The notes under the pieces were generated by a model. The model was given only the letters and a program-made list of their open reading frames with translations. It did no database searches and was not told where the DNA came from. The translations under genes and the position numbers were made by a program. From Naegleria gruberi (lineage: Eukaryota), in NCBI GenBank assembly GCA_000004985.1, contig GG738879.1: a DNA stretch of 64,000 bases. The stretch is one strand, 5' to 3'. Position 1 is the stretch's first letter, and each line of letters begins with the position of its first letter. Below, piece by piece: positions 11,769 through 24,631 of the stretch.

Positions 11769-14700
11769 TTACTTTTGTTTATGTTTGGACATGAAATGGT
11801 CAAAGCTTTGTCTCGACAATAGATCATGAACAGTGGTGGAGAGTCTAGATGAACGTGGAGAGGCTTCTCCTATTGTATGCTGTGGAGGAATATCAATGTT
11901 GATATGACCTTCTTGTTCTTTTGTTGTGTGTACGGAGGTTGTGGACTTTCTTCGGAAGGCACGATTCACAAAATCTGAAAATTTACTTCTTCTTCCACAG
12001 AGGAATAACTTATCTCCTTCCAAGAGGATGATGGATTGTCTTGGATGAGTATAAACATAATAGAAATCATTGTCAACTGACTCTAGAATGCCATTTACAA
12101 ATATTCTCTTGGGTCTGTAAAGTCCAATCAGAATCTTTTAGAGTGGTTTAGTGTACTTGATATAATTGAAACTTACTGTATTGGATATTTCACAAAGTTC
12201 TAGAAATACATCAATGGCTGCTCTACCAAAACAGTTTGGAGGACAATCTTCTTGAAATATAGAACTCTTGCTCATATTGCAGAGACCATCTAAGCTCATA
12301 TGCTCAATAATTTCATTCAACTTATCAGTGTAGAACGATTGAGCCAAAAGCTTAGGAATGAAACTAATTGGAAATATTCTACCACTTGAGTAAAGCTCAG
12401 ACAATAGACAGAACTGATCATACTCATCACTCTTGTCAGAAAGTGAATGTAATGGATCATCAAAGGCAACAGAGGCACTGCTAACATTACGGAATATTTT
12501 GAAAAGAGAGTGGTTCTCTCCATATTTCTTTGAAAAACATCCTCCTTGTTTTAGAAATTTGATATTCTTTTGGTTATTGAGCTCCATGATGAAGAATTTC
12601 TTGCTGTCTATATAGCTAATTGATTCTATGAGTTTGATAACTTCTGCATCCCTAAGGTATTCAGATGTGTCAATAAGATCGTCTGTGGCTTCATGAGAGT
12701 CACAATCATTTTCTGGTTTAGAATTGTGACCATGAGAGCCATATTGCCTGGATAGATAGACCACTGCTTCTGCATTTAACAAGCCACATCTGTGTAGGTC
12801 AAAAACGTCTGTTGCATTCCCTTTCAGAAAGAATACCTGATCAAAAAACTTGAGCCTGTCATATAGATAATCTACGTATGGATTGCCGTGAAGATTTGTA
12901 TGAGAGACCATAATAAGTATTGGAGTGAAATGTCTCTTTCTAATAGATCTTATTGTAGCTAAGATGACAAGAGGATATTTCAATTCTCCCACAAGTATGA
13001 TATGATTCTTTAACGAGCATGTACTAGAGAGAAGGAAAAAATCATTCTTTGGTCTAGCCTTGATGAGTAGATTGTAGTTTTCTAGAACACTTTGGTAAAA
13101 GTCATTAAGAAAGCGCTTGAAAGATACTCCAGAATCATCTAAATTCTTGTAAAAGAAAGTTGGAGGAGCTACTGACCTAAACAATCTCAATAGATATCCT
13201 TTGTTCATTTCAGTCTCTGAAACATGTGGAACATTTTTGATATCTATGATTTGCTTGTCTATACCTGACATGGTACTGACAAAAGATATGGGATTATCAA
13301 AGTCTGAACTATTGGTCAATATGGAAGGACTTTCAGCTTCTGGTGGAGTTTCAATATTTGAAGAAAAGGAAATATTGGATTGACTTGGACCTAGACTCTC
13401 AATGCATTTTTTGGAACCTCTTTTGGGTGGAAGTCCATGTCTTACTTTCAACACTTTTCTCCGAGTAGGAAGATATTTTGGTCTAGTTTCTACTTTTGGT
13501 TCATCCATTTCTTCGTTGATTGTCTTCTCATACGCGTTCTCCTCACTTACAAAGAATGTTTCAAAGGATTCCATGTCATTATTGTCATTTCGTGCTGGAG
13601 CTTCTTTCAAGTCTATTGGTTGTTGTGGAATATCTTGAGTATCTGCAGAGCTTGTTGAGTGTTTATCTGATTGGCTGTCGTCTTCTGCTTTAGCATTCTC
13701 AAAAAGGTAAACTAGGTTGGCATGAAACGTGCTCTGAGCAATCACGAATGCTTTGCATTTATCCACATGAATTATTTCATCAAAAGGATTCAATGATACA
13801 CTTTTTAGACTTTCATCATGATTATCCAAGTATTCCATGGCCAGTAAGGTGAGATCAAGATTCTCTCTGATGAAAACGACTGCCTTAATGAAGGTCATTC
13901 CTTCAAAAAATGGCGAGAATCTCACACAATATATTTCATTTCCTAGTCCGTCCAGATATTCAAATATCCACAGACTTTCAGCAGAAGTTACAGGATCTAA
14001 CTTCTTTTTAAGGAATGGAATCCAGGGCTTTTTCTTCTCTTGTTCCATAATCATCTTGTGGGTTTCAATGGCATTTCTAACATAGGTTGTCGTGACGAGA
14101 TTGATTAAGAGTGTACTAAATCCATGATATACAACACTCATACCCATAATCTTACTTGAAATAGTTTCTGTGCAAATAACTTGTTTGGCACCTGCTTTAT
14201 ACAAGTATGCTCTTGATTCAGGTAATGTCACTTGTGCATAAATATCCAGATCTGGATTAATATTTTTCAGACCAATAGTTGCCACCATTATTGACGTATC
14301 ATTATGTCTAGGATTAGAATGTTTAATACAATTGAGAAGGAACACAGAGTGAGCTTCATGAACTTTGATAATTCTACTCGTCTCATAATCCATCAAATCT
14401 CCATGGAAAACTAAAACCTTTTCTTGAAGGTATTGTCTCACTTTGATAACTTCCAAAATTGAATCACACAACTTCTTATTTCTGGAAACAACTTTGCAAT
14501 TGAAATTTTGGATGAGTATTGAACATGAAATAAGGTTGTAACTTACTCAAGGATTTTTTCGTATTCTTTCCATGCATTGAATGATAGAATTCTTTTAGAA
14601 AGTCCAATACATCTTGCTTGTGAAAGTATCCACAAACAATGACATGATTTTTCAAATTGGCATGTCGAGCTCTGAAAATTGCCTTTTCGCTTGTCGATAA

Positions 14701-15699
14701 TAACAAAGACAATTGATAGGGAATGAATGTAATTCCAACCAGAAAGCAGCCAATCGTCCAATATTTACTCGCAAAAGTAGTTGGAGAAATATCACCATAT
14801 CCAATGGTAGCCATGGTAATTACCATGAAATAGATTGAATCATCTTTACATAATATATTAAGGATGAAATACGTTTCAAAATACCTACGTAATGAAAGAA
14901 CATGTCCACCAAATAAGAATTCAATCATTTGAAAAGTTCCAGCAAACAAAACCATCAATGTAACAATTAATGCAATAAGACAAGCAATTTGTACTTGTAG
15001 AGTTGGTCCAAATCCAAAACTATTCTCCAAAACATAGTGTAGTATATTCCTCTTCCAAGTCAAGACAAAAACAATCCTCACCAATCGAATTAATCTGAAA
15101 ATTGAAATCATTACTGAAATGTTAAACATGTTCACATAGAGCATAATCTTCTGATCTCTATTCACCACCAACATTCTATCATTTTCCACACCATACGCAT
15201 GAATACAATAGATGATGTAAATACATAATGGAATCATTGGAACTACAGTTATAAAATCCAATATAGAGTTGGGATGAATCAAATAACGGAGTTTATGTTT
15301 GGTGAGGAGAAAGGAAACGAACCACAATGAAACAGTTATGGTACACAGTATCAAATCACAAATGAATATACTCTGCAACATGAATTGAATATGTTGATCC
15401 GAGAGTGAGAAGGAATTTTCAGGAGTTGGTCTTGATTGAGGATAAATTTGCGAATAGAAAACAAAATTTGTGTAAACGTCCGCAATGAAAATAACAAAAA
15501 AGAGAAAGGAAATTATCACCTGAAGAATTTCCATATCCAAAAAGTAACCATTATGTTTCATATAGTTTTTGATTTTGGATCGAAGACTGAGTTTTAGAGG
15601 TTTCGGCACGTTTGATGCATTGAAGAAGAATTCATTGTGATGATTGCCTTCTGTTGTTGGTGTTTTGCTTTGCTGTTGTTGAGTTGTTGGTGTAGTCAT
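11769..15699 (-). CDS. Slo/BK-type (large-conductance, RCK-domain) potassium channel; 3 exons, approx join(14547..15699,12177..14491,11769..12107)
   Basis: Pore/selectivity filter MATIGYGDISP. RCK1 start HVIVCGYFHKQDVLDFLKEFYH, which aligns to BK [22 protein letters not shown]. A downstream block LWIFEYLDGLGNEIYCVRFSPFFEGMTFIKAVVFIREN aligns to BK [23 protein letters not shown], and an RCK2-like HIILVGELKYPLVILATIRSIRKRHF is present. Exon 1 and 2 join over a GTAAGT intron of ~55 nt (14492..14546) in phase 1. Exon 2 and 3 join over a GTAAGT intron of ~69 nt (12108..12176) in phase 0. ATG at 15699 (context aattaaaATGact); an alternative in-frame ATG lies at 15744. Frames were checked against the ORF track. 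Confidence 0.75.
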
Positions 15700-16016
15700 T
15701 TTAATTCTTTTTATTAACAAATTCCTCAATAAGAAGGTAATCATTTCGATTGAAGAAGAAATAATTTTGCAATTTCGAAATTAGATTTGATTCTGAACTA
15801 AAAGGCTGATGATCTTTTTAACAAGATTCCCAAATGAATCATTCAAAAACTCTCCTAAAAACAATAAAATAGGTTGTATCAGTTTGAGAACTTTCGGATT
15901 ACATTTATTTCCAAATCACAAACAATCACAACATGATTCTCATTGAATGTCACACCATCGTAATCATTGGTAGCATGTTTCTCTCTAATTCACAAAGTAA
16001 CAACCTAAATTAAAAA

Positions 16017-17097
16017 ATGTCGATACATCGTTCTGGATCAAAGCCACTCATTGTTTCAGAGGCGTATGGCAGAAAGTTGACACCAACAACATCAAAAACC
16101 AACAATGAAGATAGTTTATCAGATTCTACTCCATATTTTGATGCTTCGGCAATTAAAGATTTTAATACTAAACCTAATAATAATGGAGGTGGATCAAATA
16201 ATAATAATGGGTCGTGGACTGATACAGTAGCAAGGAGATGGAAGAAATTTTCTAGTTGGACGATCGGAAATAGAAGATTAAAGATGTATATTTATTCAGT
16301 TCTAAAGGTAGGTTGTTGGAAAGGATAAACTAAACTAAATCACACGAAAGTTTGCTACTATTACATACGTTCAAGCAAATGACGTATTGGGCAAAGCTTC
16401 AAACACAAATAATCAAACAGAGAAGGATATGCAAATGGCATTCAAAGTTCTTTCATATCTATACATGGCTATTTTAATTTTACTTTTCACTTTCAGATAT
16501 GTTAGAGAATTGATTGCAATTTCCAGGAAGAAACCTCTTTCAATTTGGGTAAACTGGATTGAATCATCTGTTTTTTTAACCTATATTTGCTATTCGATTG
16601 TTACTTCTGTCATTCACGTTGTTTACATTACAAAACACTACAATGCTGAATATGAAGAAAGATTATTGCATCCAGAGAATTTTGCTTACAAAACAGTTAC
16701 ACTTGAGGAAGAGTTGGCAGTGGAAATTTTGGAAGTTTTTGTTCACTTGTACATCATCTTTGATAAGTCAACGCATTACCTACATGCAGGACACAGTGTT
16801 TCTCTATATTTGGCTAAAGCTCAGCATATTCCAAAGAATGCTCATCCAGGGCATGATCAAAATCAAAACCATTATCATGATGCCTTCGATCATCATGCTC
16901 ATCTTTACACAAATCAATCTGAAACTGATGACGAAGAAAAGAGTGATGAAGTATATGATGATTTTATTGGAAAACCAAAAGAAGCCACAAAACCAACAAC
17001 AAGAAGACACACCGTTATGGCAATGACACCACCAAGACAAAATATTGATTCTGAAATTTTATTGGAAGAGCCAAGATTGGCATTTAATAAGTTTTAA
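16017..17097 (+). CDS. hypothetical membrane protein, probably 2 exons, approx join(16017..16307,16351..17097)
   Basis: Exon 1 ORF ends at a GTAGGT donor (16308). An in-frame acceptor follows at ...cacgaaag|ttt (16350); an alternative acceptor is at ...gggcaaag|ctt (16395). Exon 2 has 3 hydrophobic segments (MAILILLFTFRYV, VFLTYICYSIVTSVIHVVYI) and a His/Asp/Glu-rich tail. No family recognised. Confidence 0.4.
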
Positions 17098-17119
17098 TTG
17101 GAAAATAGAGTTGTGTGAA

Positions 17120-17300
17120 GGGAATGCACATCAATAAAGATCAACTTTCCAATTTTGATGATTAGTTATATTTGAAAAAACAATTAAGGACATGTAGAGC
17201 TAAGATTCTGCACCATCAAAAGAAAAGTCTCCCACAAGCATAAAGGAGAATAGTAGCCTTCAGGAATGTCGAAGTTGATTATTTTACCTTTTTTTAATGC
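17120..17300 (+). pseudogene. degenerate partial copy of the promoter-proximal region and first ~45 codons of the FHA-domain gene at 18180-18400
   Basis: Shared strings: aaagatcaactttcc...caattttgatgat...acaattaaggacatg...aaagaaaagtctcccaca...tagcct...ttacc. The copy has atgtag (stop) in place of atgaag and carries several indels. Confidence 0.45.
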
Positions 17301-17573
17301 TTTTCTTGGTATATCAACTCAATGTCACAAAAGTCAGTACTCATCATCTTATGTCTTGGATTTGCAAATCCAATGAAAAATGCTTCTTTTTGAATCAGAA
17401 TCTTAGCTCTTCTTTGAAACCATACTTTCAACACTAAAAGCCATAGCTCCAGAACAATCGCATAAGGTCAATATAGTTTTCTCTACTTTTGATGGTCGTG
17501 GAATCACCAACAAGGAAGGGATTGCTGGAAGCTGATTACTATTGAAAAATAAATCAAACACGAAGTATCTGAT

Positions 17574-17921
17574 TTGGTTAAAAGTAATCTAGAACATGAT
17601 GATGGAAAATATAGCCTTCTATTAACAGGATCGTTGCTAACTCCAATACGTGAAGGAAGCAATTCAAAGATAGCCCCACACAACAATCTGCAATTTAGAC
17701 ACTCTGTTGTTGGATTAGAGGTACATTTTTGTAAGCACTCTTCATTGCCCATTTGTATTTTAAATGGTAAAGTTGTTTGTCATGGAAAACCCTTATTTCC
17801 TCTGAAACTTTTTCCTAATGAAGATTGGGCAATAGTAGAACTCGATAAAACAAGTGGTGAATACATTTTCGAGAATTCTTTTGGAAGTTCAAACCATGGC
17901 AATAGTTTCGGTGTGATCTAA
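17574..17921 (+). CDS. small ORF of unknown status (possible gene fragment) between the ghost 5' copy and the intact FHA gene
   Basis: 115-codon ORF (MVKSNLEHDDGKYSLLLTGS...DWAIVELDKTSGEYIFENSFGSS...) with no recognisable domain. Weak evidence; it could be noise or a relic. Confidence 0.15.
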   Translation: MVKSNLEHDDGKYSLLLTGSLLTPIREGSNSKIAPHNNLQFRHSVVGLEVHFCKHSSLPICILNGKVVCHGKPLFPLKLFPNEDWAIVELDKTSGEYIFENSFGSSNHGNSFGVI

Positions 17922-18264
17922 AAGGTGTTTTGGATTTTGATAAATCGGAGTGTTTATCTGTTAGTAAGACCTCATGCTGAGTAGATAGAGTCTCAAAAAT
18001 TACCGGCTCATCACTGAAAACATTTTTTTAAGGGTTGTTGTAATTTTAAACTCGAATTAAGTATGTTCAAGAGTTTAGACCCTTAAGGCATTGAGAGAAC
18101 AATAATTCAAAAATTGTTCTTCTTATTCAACACTCAGGTTCAAAAGATAATGTCGCAACCACAACCATTTGCTACAAATCAGTAAAGATCAACTTTCCCG
18201 CCAATTTTGATGATCAGCAAAAATTTGAAAATAATAAAATTAATTAAAAAAAACAATTAAGGAC

Positions 18265-19686
18265 ATGAAGAAGCTTTCTCAACAAGCCTCTGCATCATCA
18301 CAGAAAGAAAAGTCTCCCACAATCATAAGGGAGGACATTAGCCTAGCTACTAAAAGGAATGTTGAAGCTGATAATGAATTAGACTTTACCTCATCATCTT
18401 CAACTAGTAAGGGGGTTGTGTTTGCACTCTTGAAAGGAACAAAACGAACAATTGATATTAATCAATCTAAGGTTTTTATCGGAAGAGATCCTGTTACTTG
18501 TGAGGTGTGTTTGGCAAATTCACCAACAGTCTCAACAATGCATGCACAATTGGAATTTATTGATGATAATTCAAAAGAAAAGCCTAAAGTTGTTTGTGTC
18601 TTGAGAGATTTAAAATCAAAGAATGGAACACTAGTTAATAACGTTAAAGTGAGTCAAAATTTATCATCGATTATTAGGAATGGAGATTTGATTCAATTCG
18701 GACAAGATGAAGTATTTAGATTCGAGATTGGACCTTTTGTTTCAGAAGTTGTAAACAAAGCACCAATCATTGATGCAGATGAATTTACTTCAATAGACTC
18801 ACCTCTCTCATCAGATTTTGAAATTCAAGAGAAAGTGAAGGAAATAACATCTAAGGAAGAAAATGAAACAGATTTTATTGAAACAGAAGGAGATAAATTG
18901 GAAGACACATTCTTTGAAACAATGGAACCAACAAATAGACTCATTGATAGAGAGGTTTATAAGGATGAAAGTCTGAGAATGCACTTGTACGATGAAATTA
19001 ACGATCTAACCTCTGAACTCTCAACTAAATTAAACCTTCTCAATTCCGTCCTTAGTGAAGACACTCCTTACCATAGAAATCAAGTCCCTTTCGAGTTTTT
19101 AAAGTCCATGCACAACCTTTCTGAAAGTATTTCATTCCTCACCAGAGACACGATATTCGAAAGACAATCAGAAATCAAATTTAGAGAACTAGAACAGTAT
19201 GCAAACTCCTTAGAAAGAAAGCTCGTAAATTACAAAAAACTTGGGAAGGATTCTGAAGTTTCACTTGCTCAATGTAAAAAATTATACACCAAATCTAAGG
19301 ATGAAAGCAATAAGAAGATTCATGACCTTACCACCTCCTTACACGGAAGATTGGATGAAATACAACTTCTTAAAAAAGGACTTTCCAATGAAAAAGATAT
19401 AACCAATTCTTTAAAAACAGAAATTGATAGACTCAAATATAGACTATCAATTGAGGTTACACAAACAGAGAGTCTAAGAAAATCCAACGACATTCTCAGA
19501 CAGCAACTGCTCAAAACACAAGATTACTCCAACTTTTTACACAAGGAAATTTTGAAAATAGAGGACTTTCCACTGAATCTCAAAATTTCCAATCTAGTTT
19601 CTAATGAAACAAAACAATCACCAAACCTTAATCAAACGATCAATGCAACTTCAATAATTGAGCAATATAAAAACATGGATCTATAA
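18265..19686 (+). CDS. FHA-domain protein with a C-terminal coiled-coil region
   Basis: ATG at 18265 in the context acaattaaggacATGaag. FHA core VFIGRDPVTCEVCLANSPTVSTMHAQLEF...NGTLVNNVKVSQNLSSIIRNGDLIQFG. The C-terminal 250 aa are heptad-rich (LERKLVNYKK..., EIDRLKYRLSIEVTQTESLRK). Single exon. Confidence 0.65.
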   Translation: MKKLSQQASASSQKEKSPTIIREDISLATKRNVEADNELDFTSSSSTSKGVVFALLKGTKRTIDINQSKVFIGRDPVTCEVCLANSPTVSTMHAQLEFIDDNSKEKPKVVCVLRDLKSKNGTLVNNVKVSQNLSSIIRNGDLIQFGQDEVFRFEIGPFVSEVVNKAPIIDADEFTSIDSPLSSDFEIQEKVKEITSKEENETDFIETEGDKLEDTFFETMEPTNRLIDREVYKDESLRMHLYDEINDLTSELSTKLNLLNSVLSEDTPYHRNQVPFEFLKSMHNLSESISFLTRDTIFERQSEIKFRELEQYANSLERKLVNYKKLGKDSEVSLAQCKKLYTKSKDESNKKIHDLTTSLHGRLDEIQLLKKGLSNEKDITNSLKTEIDRLKYRLSIEVTQTESLRKSNDILRQQLLKTQDYSNFLHKEILKIEDFPLNLKISNLVSNETKQSPNLNQTINATSIIEQYKNMDL

Positions 19687-20066
19687 AATTAGCACTTTAA
19701 GAATTGTGTCACATCTATTTTCTATGTTAATATTGCGGAAGTGCTACTGAAGATGCACCATTTTCAAAGAAATTGGAAATTGGCTCTTTGGAGAATTCTA
19801 CTAATATGATGGCTTTATTACCTTCTTAATTTCCGAATCCTCAAGAATGGAATTCCTCATTGGATGATGTTGTTGAGAGGCAGTAAGGAGAGGAGAACTG
19901 GGTGATGATTTATTCCTTTATTATTATTAATCTTCTTCTTGTTTGCACAACATATCGAAATGATTGATCAGTTCTTTGTCAATATTCACACCATCCACTA
20001 AAAAAAGTTTGTCAGAAATGAATCGTGAGTATGTAGCGTTGACACAATATTGGTCTTTAACTTTCT

Positions 20067-20726
20067 CTAATAATTCAAAGCACTCATCTCATTATGGAGA
20101 AGTTTTTGCATTACAGGTGTGTTTGCATTATTCAGTAAAATAGAATCAGAGGGATTTAACTTTTCGAAAAGTTGACCAATTTCTTCTTTTGTTCCATCTA
20201 TTACCATTAATTTCCCAAATAAATAAAATTTGTGATGGCCTAGATTAAGATTACCAATATGAAGAGATATTTTGGGGTTTTGTTTATGTTGGAAGACTTG
20301 GCGTAAGATAATGGTTGTAGCAAAGTATTCTTGGTGTGTTGGTTTGGCTTGTTGATCGCAAACATTATTGAATATATGTTTGGTGAGTTCAAATAGTGAA
20401 TTTTTTGAAGCAATTTCGTAAGAGATGATACCATTATCCTGATGCTGTTTTGTTTTACCTTGGTATATGAATGAATTTTTTGTTTCCAAATTACTACCAT
20501 GAGCAGTAATAGTTTGTCTTGTTTTTGGCCAATCACCTTTTTCAATAGAGCATACATTAGGTTCTATTCGAAAGTAATTGTCCACTATTATTTCATTTCT
20601 AACGTGTTTAAAATCGTTTAACGGGGGCTCACTTTTATTGCAAACCAATTTAAAGTACTTTGCCACGACGGTGTGTTCTGCTGTTTTAATTTTTTCCACG
20701 TTATTTGCATCTAAGGGTGGAGTCAT
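20067..20726 (-). CDS. hypothetical protein (no confident family)
   Basis: ATG at 20726 in the context aaaaaaATGact. 219 codons, single exon, no recognisable motif (HIGNLNLGHHKFYLFGKLMVIDGTKEE). Confidence 0.4.
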   Translation of the reverse strand: MTPPLDANNVEKIKTAEHTVVAKYFKLVCNKSEPPLNDFKHVRNEIIVDNYFRIEPNVCSIEKGDWPKTRQTITAHGSNLETKNSFIYQGKTKQHQDNGIISYEIASKNSLFELTKHIFNNVCDQQAKPTHQEYFATTIILRQVFQHKQNPKISLHIGNLNLGHHKFYLFGKLMVIDGTKEEIGQLFEKLNPSDSILLNNANTPVMQKLLHNEMSALNY

Positions 20727-20870
20727 TTTTTTATTAAGGATTCATAGTTTGGAAAAAATGGAAGATCAATACATATTTCTCGTAAAAAATTCTTTAGTGA
20801 AATTTTTTTTCCTAACAACTACTTTATCAATTCAGGTGGCACACATTTAGCCAATTAATCCTGGTAAACA

Positions 20871-22727
20871 TTAGTAGAAAGCACTTTGAGGTCGTGGATT
20901 AGGAATAATTTCTTTTGATTCAAAATACGTAACCATTTGTTTGGGTATTTCAGCTAGCACTTCAGAAGCTAATTGTGTTAAATCAGAACATTCAGAAAAG
21001 CTCACAAATTGAACAATGTCTCTTGTCATTTTAGTTCCATTACTGTGAATGAGTGGTTCATCATCAGCATCGAATTTTCTACAACTTGGGAAACTTCTAC
21101 CACCAATACCAACAATTACAATTGAGATAGGTTTGTCATTGGCCTCTATAATTGAATCGATTGTGCCTTGCATGTCAAATGCATCCCCATCAATAATTAA
21201 CAATAGAATATTGTAGAATTGTTGTTGTTGAGTAACAGGAGGAGTTCTCTCAACGACATGTTCAATAACTCTATAAAAGTCATCTCCTCGATAAGGCTTT
21301 CCAGTTTTTGGATTAGTGGCACTTCCCATATCTCCAAATGATAGTCTTGGAACTGCCTTCTCATATGCTTCAAGTATTTCTCCTACACAAAGTTCCTCCT
21401 TATCTGAGAGTGACAGATTAAACATTGGATTCATTTTTAATTCCTTATCTATCCTTGCACCATATCCATATGCTTTCGAATAATTAGTGAAAGTGTTAAA
21501 AGTCAAATACTTACCACCATATATCTTGTCAGAATCATAAGGTTCCAAAATTTGCAAAACTTGTGCAAGGGCTTGTTGATAGTGATTCTTCTTGGAACTT
21601 AAATAATGGAGGGAGCTACTACTGGTGAAACCACCGTTTGATGCAGTAAAATCAATGCCAACTGATACTGAAATGTTACATCCTCCCATAATGTGGTCTA
21701 AAAATTGATCTTGGCGGTTTTCCTTCCTGGCAACAAAGGATTGGTAGATTTGATATTCTGGATTTGGTACTGGAACATGTTCTATCTGAATAGTACATAT
21801 TTCAAACTCAAACACTCCAGAGTTTTTGTAATTCTTCTTTTTTTTTTGAAGGGATGGCTCAATTAAATGGAATTGTTTTACATTATTATTCAGAACTTGG
21901 TCCAAATTATATTTAAATTCTCCAATTAAATCATCCTTCGAGTACTTGTCCTTGTCATAGCATGTCACAAATATATCCTTGTTGTAATCATTGTTGAATT
22001 CATCTAAATTGAGTTTAAAGGATGTCCAAGAAGGGTTCAGATTCTTATAGATAACTTCACTTGTGTAGAGTTTGACTCTTCTTCCAGCAACTTCCTTTTC
22101 AAAGAAAAAGTAACAATCTGACTTTCCAAAGAAATCCTTCTTATCTAATCCAATACCTTTACATTTGAATAGAACTACTTTCATATCTGAATTAACAGTA
22201 GTTGGTATCTCAGAACGTAGAGCATTCAATTCAGCCGAGCTCATACCAGAAAATTTCAAAGTGGCATTCCTTTCAGAATCAGCATTATTAGTGTTATTCG
22301 AATCCGATTGCCTAACAACCTTCTCAACATGAACAAAGACCTCACCTTGTACTTTCCCACTCTTCAAAACAAGATCTAACTTTAATTTACCATCCCTCGA
22401 GCAAACAGCTTGTGATAATGAAAACTCTCTAGTTTTGCCAATAAGCTCACTCTTATTTCCACCATCGTCATCATAGATTTCAATATAAAATTTCTGTACG
22501 CACTCAAAATAATAATGAACACTAAACTTGGTCTTGAACACTGGATTATGATTATTCTGAATTGTTTCGGTATTGCCCAGAAACGTGAATTTATCAACAC
22601 CACCCGATGATGAACTTGTGTTACTTTCGTACAGTTTAGCAAACGGATCAGACTTGGACATCAAGTCCATTCTAGCCAAATTGCAACATGATAAATAAAT
22701 ATCAACAGATTCTCTGGCGGAATTCAT
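20871..22727 (-). CDS. copine (two N-terminal C2 domains plus a C-terminal vWA-like copine domain)
   Basis: 618-aa single ORF. Copine N-terminal signature ...LSCCNLARMDLMSKSDPFAKLY, a second C2 (KVVLFKCKGIGLDKKDFFGKSDCYFFF), and a vWA/copine core ISVSVGIDFTASNG...QYQQALAQV...LLLIIDGDAFD. Confidence 0.85.
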   Translation of the reverse strand: MNSARESVDIYLSCCNLARMDLMSKSDPFAKLYESNTSSSSGGVDKFTFLGNTETIQNNHNPVFKTKFSVHYYFECVQKFYIEIYDDDGGNKSELIGKTREFSLSQAVCSRDGKLKLDLVLKSGKVQGEVFVHVEKVVRQSDSNNTNNADSERNATLKFSGMSSAELNALRSEIPTTVNSDMKVVLFKCKGIGLDKKDFFGKSDCYFFFEKEVAGRRVKLYTSEVIYKNLNPSWTSFKLNLDEFNNDYNKDIFVTCYDKDKYSKDDLIGEFKYNLDQVLNNNVKQFHLIEPSLQKKKKNYKNSGVFEFEICTIQIEHVPVPNPEYQIYQSFVARKENRQDQFLDHIMGGCNISVSVGIDFTASNGGFTSSSSLHYLSSKKNHYQQALAQVLQILEPYDSDKIYGGKYLTFNTFTNYSKAYGYGARIDKELKMNPMFNLSLSDKEELCVGEILEAYEKAVPRLSFGDMGSATNPKTGKPYRGDDFYRVIEHVVERTPPVTQQQQFYNILLLIIDGDAFDMQGTIDSIIEANDKPISIVIVGIGGRSFPSCRKFDADDEPLIHSNGTKMTRDIVQFVSFSECSDLTQLASEVLAEIPKQMVTYFESKEIIPNPRPQSAFY

Positions 22728-22794
22728 CTTTGAGCGGTGGTATTTACCACTATTCGAAACTATTTTTTTGTTGAATTTGAAATTAAAAAATCTA

Positions 22795-22910
22795 ACAAAA
22801 TACTATTTTCACACTATTTGAATCAATGCCACTTCAATATTTGAGAAATCTAAAAACACAGATCTATAAAATTAGCACTTCAATAATTGTCACACATCTC
22901 TTTTCTATTT
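22795..22910 (+). repeat. ghost copy (~80% identity) of the last codons and 3' flank of the FHA-domain gene (compare 19610-19730)
   Basis: ...cttcaata(a/t)ttgag(c/a)aat...aaaaaca(t/c)(g/a)gatctataaaattagcact(t/c)(t/c)aa(g/t)aattgt(g)(t)cacatct(a/c)ttttctat... appears at both sites. Confidence 0.45.
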
Positions 22911-23117
22911 TAGCATTGTAGTGGGAGTTTACAGCAGTTCGTTGTATTTTTCCCTCCAAAATTTTCCCTCCAAAACTTTACAATTTGTTGTACGGTTGAA
23001 GATATCGCTACCCTTTAAATACAATTCACTTCTTCCCTAACCAAATTTTTCAACAAAAAAAAAATCGCTCGTCCTCCATTATAGAGAAACTTGCAAAACG
23101 CTCGTAAATAATAATAA

Positions 23118-24485
<1,368 letters not shown>

Positions 24486-24631
24486 ATTAATTACTCCATT
24501 GAGACTTTTTCAAAAAATTAAGACGTATTCTGTTTAAATCATTTTAGATTCTTTCTGTCACGAATAAGCCAACCTGGTTAAATTAAAAAAAATATTGAGC
24601 TTATCTAATATTATTGAGATGGAAATAAAAT

